A DNA stretch of 32,000 nt, from positions 120,001 through 152,000 of the forward strand of contig CP091279.1 of the NCBI GenBank assembly GCA_021650915.1, read 5' to 3'. Below are positions 1 to 10,145 of the stretch, in pieces. Position 1 is the stretch's first letter; the number at the start of each line of letters is the position of its first letter. The DNA comes from Candidatus Brocadia sp. (GTDB lineage: Bacteria; Planctomycetota; Brocadiia; Brocadiales; Brocadiaceae). The notes beneath the pieces were generated by a model. The model ran no database searches and had not been told where the DNA came from. It worked only from the letters and a program-made list of their open reading frames with translations. The translations under genes and the position numbers were made by a program.

Positions 1-695
1 GCAATCGAAAAGCCCTCACGCGCGATGACCTGCTCATGCATATTGGCGCGTTAAAGAAAGAAGCCGGACGAGACTACAGACTGGTCACGATCTCCATTCC
101 CAAACCGCAGGAACCGGTCAATGAGAATACGTTCCGGTTCAGTTTGGATCGGGAACGCCTGAGGCAGGCGTATCGGCGCGAGGGGCGTTATTTGCTTCGT
201 TCCAACATGCAGGCCACCGCGCCAGAAACCGTCTGGGAAAATTATTTGCTGTTGACACGGATAGAACAGGCATTTAAGGACTTGAAGGGGTCTCTTTCCG
301 TCCGCCCCCTATGGCATCAATTGGAACGGAGAATTGAAGCCCATATCTTTGTTTCCTTTTTGGCTTTTTGTCTCCACACGACACTGCGCAATCTTGCGCG
401 GGGGAGGGCCGGAGGGCTGACGTCTGAAGCGATTTTGGAAAAACTGTCGGGCATTCAAATGATAGACGTTCATTTACCGACCACGGATGGCCGTCATATT
501 GTCATGAGCCGTTATACCCAGCCGGAGAAGGACGTTTTACTCCTTTTGGCGCAGTTGGGATTAACGCTTCCTGAACAACCGCCGCCCAAGGTTTACGCAT
601 CCGGACAGGTCGGCCTGTAGTGCCGACCTTTTTACATGACCCCTTGATTTTCCTGGCTTAGCGGGTTGTATACCCCTCGAATTGCGAAAGTCGGG
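1..695 (+). mobile_element. IS-A copy C1, 3' part of an IS1634-like element truncated by the window edge; contains the C-terminal transposase ORF 36..620
   Basis: Protein nearly identical to the C-terminal part of the other copies (RIEQAFKDLKGSLSVRPLWHQLERRIEAHIFVSFLAFCLH...); ends in CGAATTGCGAAAGTCGGG at 678-695. Confidence 0.93.
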
Positions 696-792
696 TTAGC
701 CTGTGCAGGCCAAAACCACCGCGGCTATCAGGTTGAAATTCCTCAACGGTAAAATGAGATGCCGCTCTGTGTGAAAGAGCCGGATGGATACT

Positions 793-1509
793 TCATTTCA
801 GGGGTTCGATAATCTCTACCCCTCGTGGCACTTCAAAGATGAACAGCTTGTCAGACATGCCTTTGTTAAGCTTGATATTTTTCAGTTCAATACGATTGAC
901 CACCTCGCCCGCACTTTCGTAGAGTTCTATCCTGACTGGCAGCCAGAACCCTTCCTCTACCCATAATCGGATATCGGAATATTGAGACTTCTTGTCTTTT
1001 GGCAGGAGATCCAGGATATAGAAGCGCTTCTTGCCCTCATCCATTGTTTCAAACAGGGTGATAGTATAATCTTTTTTTACTGAATGCACCGATTCTCCGT
1101 AACCAAATTCAAAAAAACTCAAACCTTGAGAGGTTTGTTTGTCTCTGTCCATGTCATACTTTTCGACTTGCTTTTCTGCCGGATGATACACCCACACATG
1201 CTTCCCATCCACAACGTTTATCTCATTGCGAGGTGGGTAAAATTTCAGGTACAGCCTCTTGGGTTTTTTATAACTCATCTGGCCCTGGAAGACCTCGGTA
1301 GATTCAAGCAGGGTAATGGTGCGGGTAAAGGTCATGTCAGCCTTCAGGGTCTTGAAGGCATTGTTTGCCTTTTCGATCTCGGCAAGGACCTCGTCGAGGT
1401 TTTTCCCTGGAGTAACCTCTTTTGGCAAGCCACTTCTCTGGAAAAAGAAGACGCACGAGATTAAGACTATAAGTAAAATAAACCTGTTTTTATACACTGA
1501 CTCCTCCAT
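793..1509 (-). CDS. LolA-like / outer membrane lipoprotein-sorting family periplasmic protein
   Basis: Signal-like N-terminus, then FKTLKADMTFTRTITLLESTEVFQGQMSYKKPKRLYLKFYPPRNEINVVDGKHVWVY; LolA/LolB-like fold pattern. Confidence 0.8.
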   Translation of the reverse strand: MEESVYKNRFILLIVLISCVFFFQRSGLPKEVTPGKNLDEVLAEIEKANNAFKTLKADMTFTRTITLLESTEVFQGQMSYKKPKRLYLKFYPPRNEINVVDGKHVWVYHPAEKQVEKYDMDRDKQTSQGLSFFEFGYGESVHSVKKDYTITLFETMDEGKKRFYILDLLPKDKKSQYSDIRLWVEEGFWLPVRIELYESAGEVVNRIELKNIKLNKGMSDKLFIFEVPRGVEIIEPLK

Positions 1510-2101
1510 TCAAGCCTGTGCTCATTTTCTCAAAATGGGTGATGATATCGATGATTTCCCGGATACTCTCTATTTCGAAATCGGGAACCACTTCGGTTTC
1601 TATATACTCTTTATACCGGAGCAGTACCGTCTTGGTTCCTGCCGCCTTGCCGCATAGAATATCATACTTGTAGTCACCCACCATTAAGAGGTGATCGGTA
1701 TGAATATTCATCTTTTTGCTCAGCAAAAAAATGGGGTCAGGGGCCGGCTTTGGTTTGGTGTCTTCCCGGCTCACGATAAATTCAAAATGAAGACAATGTT
1801 TCTGGAGAACGGTTTCCACTGACTTGCGGGAGTTGCGGGTTAAAAGGGCCTTTTTCAGTTGTTTCTTTGAAATATATTCCAGCATTTCCACAACGCCTTC
1901 ATTGAGTTCTGATTCGCTGGCTGCCTGCGCCTCATAACGCTCTAGGATTTCCAGCGCCCTCTTTCGCTCCTCAGGGGTCGATCGTTCCGCATAATCGATA
2001 ATGAATCCCACTTTGGCGCCGATCTCCCGCTCGATTGCTGCAAAATCGACATTTGGCTTGGTAAGTGTGCCATCCATATCAAAGATAATTCCGCGTAACA
2101 T
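1490..2101 (-). CDS. HAD-superfamily hydrolase, phosphoglycolate phosphatase-like
   Basis: DMDGTLTKP motif I, LLTRNSRKS motif II, KPKPAPDP and MVGDYKYDI motifs. Overlaps the downstream LolA-like gene by 20 bp. Confidence 0.9.
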   Translation of the reverse strand: MLRGIIFDMDGTLTKPNVDFAAIEREIGAKVGFIIDYAERSTPEERKRALEILERYEAQAASESELNEGVVEMLEYISKKQLKKALLTRNSRKSVETVLQKHCLHFEFIVSREDTKPKPAPDPIFLLSKKMNIHTDHLLMVGDYKYDILCGKAAGTKTVLLRYKEYIETEVVPDFEIESIREIIDIITHFEKMSTGLNGGVSV

Positions 2102-2218
2102 ATGTGCCTGCTTTACTCCTTTTCAAAGGTTTTCAGGTAATCTGGTGCAATTGATTCTATCAATAATCTCAAGGCATGCAAGGGAATTTACTCGTAGTGA
2201 AGGAAATATTGCACATTT

Positions 2219-2259
2219 CGTAATACATTAGTTTTTTAGCAGGGGGCGAAGCATCTGCC
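2219..2259. repeat. Degenerate arm of the same MITE family as 16527-16679
   Basis: CGTAATACATTAGTTTTTT...GGGGGCGAAGCATCTGCC resembles CGTAACACTTTAGTTTTTT...GTAGGGGCGAAGCATTTGCC. Confidence 0.5.
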
Positions 2260-2647
2260 CTATTGGGTAAGAGCGCATGTATGTCGGTTATAGCAAATCC
2301 TTCGTCTCTATCCTGGGTGGTAAACATCGCTGTTATCCGGATTTTTCGAAAAACGAAATCGACTTTTGATTTATGGGCGTTCCTGGTATTATCTCCGGCA
2401 TTTTCCCGTTGATTTTCTCCGGAGATACATCATAATGTTAAGGACAGAAGATCTTTCGGCATGTCCGTTTCATTGGCGTTAAACTTAGCCCGAATGAGTC
2501 AGAAGAGACGAATTCGTAGCACAAAATGGTGAATCAGCCCTGTCGGGGCTAATGTGGTCATATTTTTGCTAACCCGACTTTCGCAATTCGAGGGGTATAC
2601 AACCCGCTAAGCCAGGAAAATCAAGGGGTCATGTAAAAAGGTCGGCA

Positions 2648-3860
2648 CTACAGGCCGACCTGCCCGGATACGTAAACCTTGGGCGGCGGTTGTTCAGGAA
2701 GCGTTAATCCCAACTGCGCCAAAAGGAGTAAAACGTCCTTCTCCGGCTGGGTATAACGGCTCATGACAATATGACGGCCATCCGTGGTCGGTAAATGAAC
2801 GTCTATCATTTGAATGCCCGACAGTTTTTCCAAAATCGCTTCAGACGTCAGCCCTCCGGCCCTCCCCCGCGCAAGATTGCGCAGTGTCGTGTGGAGACAA
2901 AAAGCCAAAAAGGAAACAAAGATATGGGCTTCAATTCTCCGTTCCAATTGATGCCATAGGGGGCGGACGGAAAGAGACCCCTTCAAGTCCTTAAATGCCT
3001 GTTCTATCCGCGTCAACAGCAAATAATTTTCCCAGACGGTTTCTGGCGCGGCGGCCTGCATGTTGGAACGAAGCAAATAACGCCCCTCGCGCCGATACGC
3101 CTGCCTCAGGCGTTCCCGATCCAAACTGAACCGGAACGTATTCTCATTGACCGGTTCCTGCGGTTTGGGAATGGAGATCGTGACCAGTCTGTAGTCTCGT
3201 CCGGCTTCTTTCTTTAACGCGCCAATATGCATGAGCAGGTCATCGCGCGTGAGGGCTTTTCGATTGCGAAGTTCGCGCAGGCCCATCCACAAACGTCTGA
3301 GTCTGCGCCTACGCATGGCACGCTCCTTAGACACCCGGTCATGGCTTTCCACGTAAACGTAAAACTCCGATTCCTGCCGAAGAACTTTCACGCGGACACT
3401 CTCCCTCGCCTGCATCCAGGTTTGTTCGAGCAACGGTTTTTCTACTCGCGTCAAATGTCCCTTCGGAGTCCCAACCAAATAATCAATCCCGCGCTCACGC
3501 ATCTTTTCCAACATCTCCTCCGTTGGAATACCGCGATCCATAAGCCAGGTGCGCCGGAATTTCCCATACTGCTTTTCAATCCGATCCAGAAATTCCTCCA
3601 GCGTTGCGGTGTCTCTGGTATTGCCCGGATACACTTCGTAGGCCACGGGAAATCCTTCCGGCGTTAACACCAATGCCACTACCACCTGCACGCAATCCGA
3701 ACGTTTGTCCCGGCTATATCCAAACCGTTTCTTACTCCCCGATCCAGTCGGAGGTGGGTCACTTTCAAAATACGTACTCGTCAAATCATACAGCAGCACA
3801 TCGTACTTCGCCCCAAAGAGTTTTCCCCACTTCTCCTTTAAATAGGCAAACAACTCGTCC
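2648..3860 (-). pseudogene. C-terminal part of the IS-A transposase, downstream exon of the intron insertion (the ORF call 2648..4045 runs into intron sequence)
   Basis: Identical to other copies from DELFAYLKEKWGKLFGAKYDVLLYDLTSTYF onward; upstream residues belong to the intron 3' region. Confidence 0.88.
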
Positions 3861-5868
3861 AGCTGGTAGGAAGGAGGCGAACCGCCTCCAACCCCCAATC
3901 GTCGCCAGATACTTTGGACAACGTGACAAAGTATCCTTTTAAACCATACGGCTTTCCCGTAGTTAGCGACCCCATAGTGTTGCTCTGGAGCAGAGAAAAG
4001 TAAACTATCATGCCTTCGCACGTGCCTTAAGAAATTCTCTTTCAAATGAGAGTAACCCCATCTTAAAGAATCGGTGTACCGGGAAACGTTTGTTGTCAGT
4101 TTTCCATTTTCTCGAAAACTTGAAACTTCTCAGTCTCATGCGTACCCAGCAGTCTAACGAGCGATATACCGTTTGTACATTGCCCAGCCGAAAATAGTTG
4201 ACATGTCCCCTTATGACAGGATTTAATGTATCAATGACGGCTTGCAGGTTGACGCCTTGTGTGCGTTTGGTGATGTCTCTAACGGCGTCCTTGAGTTTGT
4301 CCAGGGATTTCATGCTTACACCCTTGTTCTTGCCCATGAAATTATATCCGAGAAACCGGAAGCCTCGTTTGAAGTTGGTGAGCCTGGTTTTATCCTCGCT
4401 CAGCTTCATTTCAAGTTTCCCTTCGATGATTTCTTTGACGTACTGAAGGGCGGTAGGGAGTTCTTCTTTTGTTTTAGTCATGACAACGAAGTCATCGGCA
4501 TAGCGGACAAATTTATATCCTGCCTTTTCAAGCTCCTTGTCGATGATGTCACCGATAAGGTTTGCAAGCAAGGGAGATATGACGCCTCCTTGCGGAGTGC
4601 CTTGATTTGTCTCATGCACGATGCCGTCCTCCATGACCCCTGCCTTGAGCATGTTCTCGATACTGTTCAAAACCCATCCGTCAGCGATTTTCTCACGCAA
4701 GGAGTTCATGATAAGCTTGTGAGGTATGGTGTCATAGAACGCCTTTATATCGGCGTCCAAAATGTTCCGATACCCTTGCTGCTTATACTGTTCAATCCGT
4801 TTGATAGCATCATGACAGCATCTGTTTGGACGAAATCCAAAGCTGTTATCTGAGAATTCTTTCTCGAATATTGGCTCTATGATTTGTCTGAACGCCTGCT
4901 GTACTACCCTGTCCTTGACAATGGGAATGCCAAGAGGTCTCTTGTCATGCCTGCCTTTGGGAATGTAGCCCCTTAAGACGGGCGCAGGGTTGTATATGGC
5001 GGTTTTCAGTTCCCTGTGAATAGCTTGTAGATTATTCTCAAGGTCACTTTCAAACTGCTTAATACTTACCCTGTCGAGACCAGCCTTGCCTTTATTCTTC
5101 TTTACGTGCCCAAAAGCCGCATAAAGGTTTCTCAGACTGAATACCTTGTCTCTTAAAGAATGATACTTAAGCATCTCCCGATATGTTCCTTTTGATTGAT
5201 TCCGGATAATAGACTTGTCAATCGTGTTTCCTGAGTCGAGATTCCTCCTGACAGAGGCAAAACAAGAGAGTCTCTTGCTACTACTTGCCCATGCAAAGAG
5301 TCTCTTTTCTCATGGAACGTATTCAATCTACCACGTTTCATCAACTCCACTACGGTTATGCCCCTTCATTCCTGGTACACACCAGAAACTATTATGAGCA
5401 CTGCTGACGACTTCAAAGACAGACCTGTGAGAGCCAGTCGTCCGTCACCATCTCATACAGCTTGGATTTCGGATTTCCCTTATACCTCGCTGTTAGGGAA
5501 TTTCTTCCCAAGACGTAAGTCCTCCCCCGGTCATATGAATTACCCCTTTTCCCTTCGTGATGTATGTTCAAACGCATTATCCAGAGATGTTTTCACCAGG
5601 TCTTTTTTTTTTTGACATCTCCAACAAGGACATTGTCAGTGCTTCACTGAGAAAGGGCAGTTGGCACGAACTAACACGCCATACTCATACACCCCAAAAG
5701 GTCGTCTGTACCTCGTAACTCCGTCATACCCCTCACGGGAATACGCTATCCTTCTACGCACACGGATTGCTCCTTTGTATACGCATAGGTACAAACTTCT
5801 CTACGAGGATCTAGGCTCGCAGAGGTGATATTTTCAACCACTTAGGTATCCCATACTTCAAGGCACGC
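3860..5868 (-). mobile_element. Group II intron inserted in the IS-A transposase gene (boundaries +/- 1-3 nt)
   Basis: Transposase sequence ...LLLEHR / DELFAYL... is split. The insert is ~2008 bp and carries a maturase-type RT; 5' side reads GCGTGCCTTGAAG on the minus strand. Confidence 0.82.
4008..5174 (-). CDS. ltrA: Group II intron-encoded reverse transcriptase/maturase (LtrA-like)
   Basis: RT motifs: RPLGIPIVKDRVVQQAFRQIIEPIFE, SFGFRPNRCCHDAI, DADIKAFYDTIPH, QGTPQGGVISPLLANL, FVRYADDFVVM; maturase-like C-terminus. Confidence 0.95.
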   Translation of the reverse strand: MLKYHSLRDKVFSLRNLYAAFGHVKKNKGKAGLDRVSIKQFESDLENNLQAIHRELKTAIYNPAPVLRGYIPKGRHDKRPLGIPIVKDRVVQQAFRQIIEPIFEKEFSDNSFGFRPNRCCHDAIKRIEQYKQQGYRNILDADIKAFYDTIPHKLIMNSLREKIADGWVLNSIENMLKAGVMEDGIVHETNQGTPQGGVISPLLANLIGDIIDKELEKAGYKFVRYADDFVVMTKTKEELPTALQYVKEIIEGKLEMKLSEDKTRLTNFKRGFRFLGYNFMGKNKGVSMKSLDKLKDAVRDITKRTQGVNLQAVIDTLNPVIRGHVNYFRLGNVQTVYRSLDCWVRMRLRSFKFSRKWKTDNKRFPVHRFFKMGLLSFEREFLKARAKA

Positions 5869-6418
5869 CGATGCTCAAGCAACAAATCCAAACAACGATA
5901 CGCCTTGTCCTTCTGCGCCAGGGAATAATCCTCTCCCAGCAGATCACCTATTGCGCTCCGCACGTACCACTCACGGTGAAAACGAAATTCGCTTCCCGGA
6001 TCGGTCAACCGGTAACAGACAAGCGCCTTCAGGATATTCAGCCAGCTTGTTCCCTTCCGGCTTGACGGCAGACGCTTTCTCCAAAATGCGTCCAGTTCCA
6101 GCATATCCCATACATGCAATCCCAACCAGCTTGCTCCCCACTCCCGTGGATGGCGCAGCTCTATTTTGTCCAATCTCACCTGAACGGTCTCACCATCCGG
6201 TATCGGCATGGCTTCCCGGTCATCCGGAAACAATGCCAGTTGTCTTGGTTTCGGTTCTTTACCCGACACCGCCTCTATCGTCCGAATCCACCCAGCCCGT
6301 TGATTGTCATTGAGTTCTCCCAAATAGAGAACCTGCCGCTGCACCACCCTTCTTCCGCTGACCCGGTGGTTCTCTACCACACTCCAATAACGGTGGGTTT
6401 TTCCATCTTTCGTTCATG
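5811..6418 (-). pseudogene. N-terminal part of the IS-A transposase, upstream exon of the intron insertion
   Basis: MVENHRVSGRRVVQRQVLYLGELNDNQRAGWIRTIEAVSGKEPKPRQLALFPDDREAMPIPDGETV matches C3/C4. Confidence 0.85.
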
Positions 6419-6625
6419 TCTTTTCCCGGAGAAACATGCGAGCATTTTCGCACTTCCTCCTGCATGCGTCAAGAGGGTAGGTCGGCACTACAAGCCGTTT
6501 TGAAAATTCACCCCTTGAATATCACGGGTTTCCTGGCGACTCTTGCCCAAAAATAAACTTTTTTGGGCGCGAATTGCGAAAGTCGGGCTAAAGGCGTTAA
6601 AAGCACTTTGGAAGACTTGGTTTCT

Positions 6626-7488
6626 ATGCTTGAAACATTTCGGTTGGCAAAATTCAGGATTACCGTCTGCGCCAGAGGACAGATACGCTTCCCTGTCTAT
6701 AAAGGCTCTGCCTTCCGTGGCGGCTTTGGATATGCATTTAAACGGATCACCTGTGTGATAAAAGGCAAGGCATGTGACGACTGCCTCCTGAAACAGAAGT
6801 GCATCTACTCATACATCTTCGAGACCCCGCCGCCGGAAGATACCGAAATCTTTCACCTCTACCCAAAGGTTCCGCATCCTTTTGTCATCGAACCGCCGGT
6901 TACGGAAGAACAGTCCTTTGCACCGGGCGACACATTTACCTTTCACCTTATCCTCATCGGCCATGCCATCGATTACCTGCCATATTTTATCTATACCTTC
7001 ACGGAATTGGGAAAACAGGGGATTGGGCAGGGCAGGGGGAAATATGATCTGATACAGGTGGAAGGCATCGGTTTGAAAGATGAGTCCGCCAGGATTTATG
7101 ACAATCAAACCCAGACCCTTATAAACCACTATCCCATTATAACGTGGCAAGACTGCAGTCAAAAAGAGGTTGCTCACAAAGAACATGAAGGTCACGAAGA
7201 AAATACTTGTGGTGGGAAAAGTCCGGTAAACGGTCTTTGCATCCCTACCGCCACGCCCCCCGCATGTGAAGGGAAAAATCCAGTCGGGATTGGGGTCTTC
7301 TCTGAACAAGACGTCTCTGCAATGGGAAGATCTGCAATAACCATCTCCATACAAACCCCGCTCCGCCTGCGCTTTGATGGCCATATAACCGACAAGATCG
7401 AGTTTCACATCCTCATCAGAAACCTCTTGCGCCGTATCTCATCCCTATCCTATTTTCATTGTAACGAAAAATTGGATGTAGACTTTAA
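6626..7488 (+). pseudogene. cas6: Orphan CRISPR-associated endoribonuclease Cas6-like (RAMP) gene, 3'-truncated by an ISL3 insertion
   Basis: MLETFRLAKFRITVCARGQIRFPVYKGSAFRGGFGYAFKRITCV...CDDCLLKQKCIYSYIFETPPP...PHPFVIEPP and the late motif RNLLRRISSLSYFHCNEKLDVDFK, then IS sequence. The glycine-rich C-terminal region typical of Cas6 is missing. Confidence 0.75.
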
Positions 7489-8833
7489 GGTTCTTCTCCC
7501 AATTAGTCAATAAGAATTGAGAAGAAAATCCTTTAAATCATTGAAAAGAGTGGACATTTGGTGTTTCCTATAGATAGATATATACCGTTCTATAAACTAT
7601 TTACAGGAGACCAGCAATGTCCACGTTAAGTATATTACCATATTTTCCTTTTCAGCGGGTAAGAATTACGAAGCAAACTGTTTTTCCTGATGCTGAGATA
7701 TCTCAGCTTACTGCCGTGCCCGATGAACGATTTCGTCCAATATGTCATGCGTGTAGCAGCAAGGCACAGCGCATTTACCGCCATGACAAACGATCTTTGC
7801 GGGATCTGAATCCTGGTTCAGTTCGCGTATGGATAAATTGTTCGTATCGTAAGATTGCCTGTGAGCCGTACAATAGAATCGTAGTTGAAGACTTAGGGTT
7901 TTTTCAACCCTACAGTCGTGTTGCGCATCGTTTAGCAGCGTATATTCACGAATTGTGTAAAGTGTTAACCGTAACCGAAGTTGCAAAACATTTTGGAATT
8001 AACTGGAAAACCGTAAAAACCATCGACAAGTTTTTTCTGGAACGACAATACGCGCAGACAGATTATCAGAATCTTCGCATACTGGCGGTAGACGAAATCT
8101 CTGTTAAGAAGGGACAGCGCTATTTGACCGTTGTTCTGGACTATCTGAGTGGCCGCGTAGTCTGGGTGGGAAAGGAAAGAACAAAAGAAACCCTGGGAAC
8201 CTTCTTTGCGGGTATGACAGAGGAACAAAGGCAGGCGCTTGAGGCCATTGCCATGGATATGTGGGATCCTTATATTCATGCAGTAAAAAAGCACGTGCCT
8301 CATGTTAAGATAGTCTTTGACCTGTTTCATGTGGTTTCAAGTTTTGGTAAAGTTATTGACAAGGTGAGAAATGCTGAATATCAAAAAGCATCGAAGAAGG
8401 ATAAGGACGTCATCAAGGGTTCAAAATATCTTTTGTTAAAAAATAAACGAAATATTCGCAGGAAAAAACACCGAGAACATCTCAAACAGCTCTTGTCGCT
8501 TAATGAAACCATAAATACCATTCTGATTCTTAAAGATAAACTCAAACATATTTGGACCTATACCTCACGGACGTGGGCGAGAAAAGCCATTGATGAATGG
8601 AGCCTCCTGGCGAAAACGCTCAACTATTCTGTCGTGAATACGTTTGCAAATATGCTTACAAAATACCGCTACGGAATCTTGAATCACTGTGATTATAAAA
8701 TTCATACCAGTAAACTCGAAGGGGTTAATAATAAGATCAAAGTTATCAAAAGAAAAGCTTATGGATTTCATGACGAACGGTACTTTTCATTAAAAATTAT
8801 ACAAGCTTTTGCAAACTAATTGGGAGAAGAACC
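7489..8833 (+). mobile_element. ISL3-family insertion sequence, 1345 bp
   Basis: Perfect 19-bp inverted ends GGTTCTTCTCCCAATTAGT (7489-7507) and ACTAATTGGGAGAAGAACC (8815-8833) flank the transposase ORF. Confidence 0.9.
7617..8819 (+). CDS. ISL3-family transposase (400 aa)
   Basis: N-terminal zinc-finger region CHACSSKAQRIYRHDKRSLRDL; DDE region LAVDEISVKKGQRYLTVVLDYLSGRVVWVGKER; DLFHVVSSFGKVIDKVRN; C-terminal NVANMLTKYRYGI-like block. Confidence 0.92.
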   Translation: MSTLSILPYFPFQRVRITKQTVFPDAEISQLTAVPDERFRPICHACSSKAQRIYRHDKRSLRDLNPGSVRVWINCSYRKIACEPYNRIVVEDLGFFQPYSRVAHRLAAYIHELCKVLTVTEVAKHFGINWKTVKTIDKFFLERQYAQTDYQNLRILAVDEISVKKGQRYLTVVLDYLSGRVVWVGKERTKETLGTFFAGMTEEQRQALEAIAMDMWDPYIHAVKKHVPHVKIVFDLFHVVSSFGKVIDKVRNAEYQKASKKDKDVIKGSKYLLLKNKRNIRRKKHREHLKQLLSLNETINTILILKDKLKHIWTYTSRTWARKAIDEWSLLAKTLNYSVVNTFANMLTKYRYGILNHCDYKIHTSKLEGVNNKIKVIKRKAYGFHDERYFSLKIIQAFAN

Positions 8834-9191
8834 CCTTTTCAGCGGGTAAGAATTACGCAGCAAACTGTTTTTCCTGATGCTGAGATATCTCAGCTTACTG
8901 CCGTGCCCGATGAACGATTTCACCCAATATGTCATGCGTGTGGCAGCAAGGCACAGCGCATTTACCGTCATGACAAACGATCTTTGCGGGATCTGAATCC
9001 TGGTTCAGTTCGCGTATGGATAAATTGTTCGTATCGTAAGATAGCCTGTGAGTCATGCAATCGAATTGTAGTTGAAGACTTGGGTTTTTTTCAACCCTAC
9101 AGTCGTGTTACGCATCGTTTAGCAGCGTATATTCACGAATTGTGTAAAGTGTTAACCGTAACCGAAGTTGCAAAACATTTTGGAATTATTA
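8834..9191 (+). pseudogene. 5' fragment of a second ISL3-family transposase copy, frameshifted
   Basis: CCTTTTCAGCGGGTAAGAATTACG... repeats the sequence from ~7669 to ~8002 and ends after GGAATTA; a 1-nt difference at TGTGGCAGCAAG shifts the frame. Confidence 0.88.
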
Positions 9192-9314
9192 ATCGTCTCA
9201 TAATAGAACACACATTAAGCTGTCCGTTTAGCGCTTCAATATTGGAGAAGGGCGTGCCTTGAAGCGGATGTTCACCTCAAGGCAAAAAACAAAAAGGCTG
9301 CGAAAGCCTTAATT

Positions 9315-10145
9315 TTACTGGCTTATTTGTTGCCTGGTAAGTTTTTTTCTCGTGACTACCCGTAGGTTCCGGCTTGGCAATGCCTCCGGCAGCTTTACCT
9401 GCAATGCCTCTAACAATTCACGTGATTGTTGCCGTGGACGTGGTATCTTCTGGCAATGCGCCTTTTGACCCTTCACCTTCACTTCCACGGAACAAATGGT
9501 AGTCAATTGTTTGAGTCCTTCCTCTACCGTCAGATCAAAACTCTTCCACGCATCACGTAACCTTCGGATTATCAGGTACGCAAGCATTACCACAAACACA
9601 TGCCCTTTTGTACTCTCTTCTTTCCTCACGTATACAGGACGAACCTCAAGATTCACCGTCTTGCACCCCCGAAACACCTTCTCCACCTCTGACAAGTCCT
9701 TGTACCGGTCGTGCACCAGATCGGCATCCGCATCGCCCTCCTTCAGATCGGTCTTGATTACATAACATCCATCAAGATACGATTCTTCCTTGAATGCTTC
9801 TTCATTGTTCTCAATCTTCAGCGCCCCGGCCTCGTCTTTTATCTGCACCCACCCCTCAAGCTTCAGCTTCCCGAGCTTCTCCTTCGCTGCCCCCAGCGCC
9901 TTCAATACCGATGCCTTCGGATGTTCTCTCAAATAACCATTCCTCTTCTCGACATATCTCTCCATACTCTGTAATTTTGACATGCGAGTCTTCGCCATCT
10001 CTTCTGCCCTTATCGGATTGCGTCTCAGAATATACCGAACCCCCTCACTCTTTATCTCGCAGAGCTTTTCTTCAAACAACCCTAACTGCAGAATCCCTTG
10101 TTTTATCAACGACTCGATCTGCGGCTTGGTTATCGCCGTTATGTA
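9315..10145 (-). pseudogene. C-terminal half of the IS-B transposase
   Basis: HYITAITKPQIESLIKQGILQLG...DLVHDRYKDLSEVEKVFRGCKTVNLEVRPVYVRKEESTKGHVFVVMLAYLI, IS1634/IS4-type C-terminus. Confidence 0.87.

Larger units (their letters stand above)
2573..6587 (-). mobile_element. IS-A copy C2 (IS1634-like), interrupted by a group II intron
   Basis: Ends CCCGACTTTCGCAATTCG (2573) and CGAATTGCGAAAGTCGGG (6587). Transposase N-part lies at 5811-6380 plus upstream; C-part lies in 2648-3860. Length minus intron is ~2007 bp, as in other copies. Confidence 0.93.

Noticed and set aside
4008-5174. Retron or DGR reverse transcriptase
   Set aside because: RT motifs and maturase-like C-terminus, plus its position inside a precisely defined insert in an IS, fit a group II intron; no template/variable repeat or msr/msd was seen.
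6563-6625. Extended N-terminus of the Cas6-like ORF (MGANCESRAKG...)
   Set aside because: This part starts at a TTG inside the IS-A terminal repeat; MLETFRLAKF at 6626 is a more natural start.
7513-9264. Possible CRISPR array next to the cas6-like gene
   Set aside because: No regularly spaced repeats are visible; the repeats here are fragments of an ISL3 transposase.
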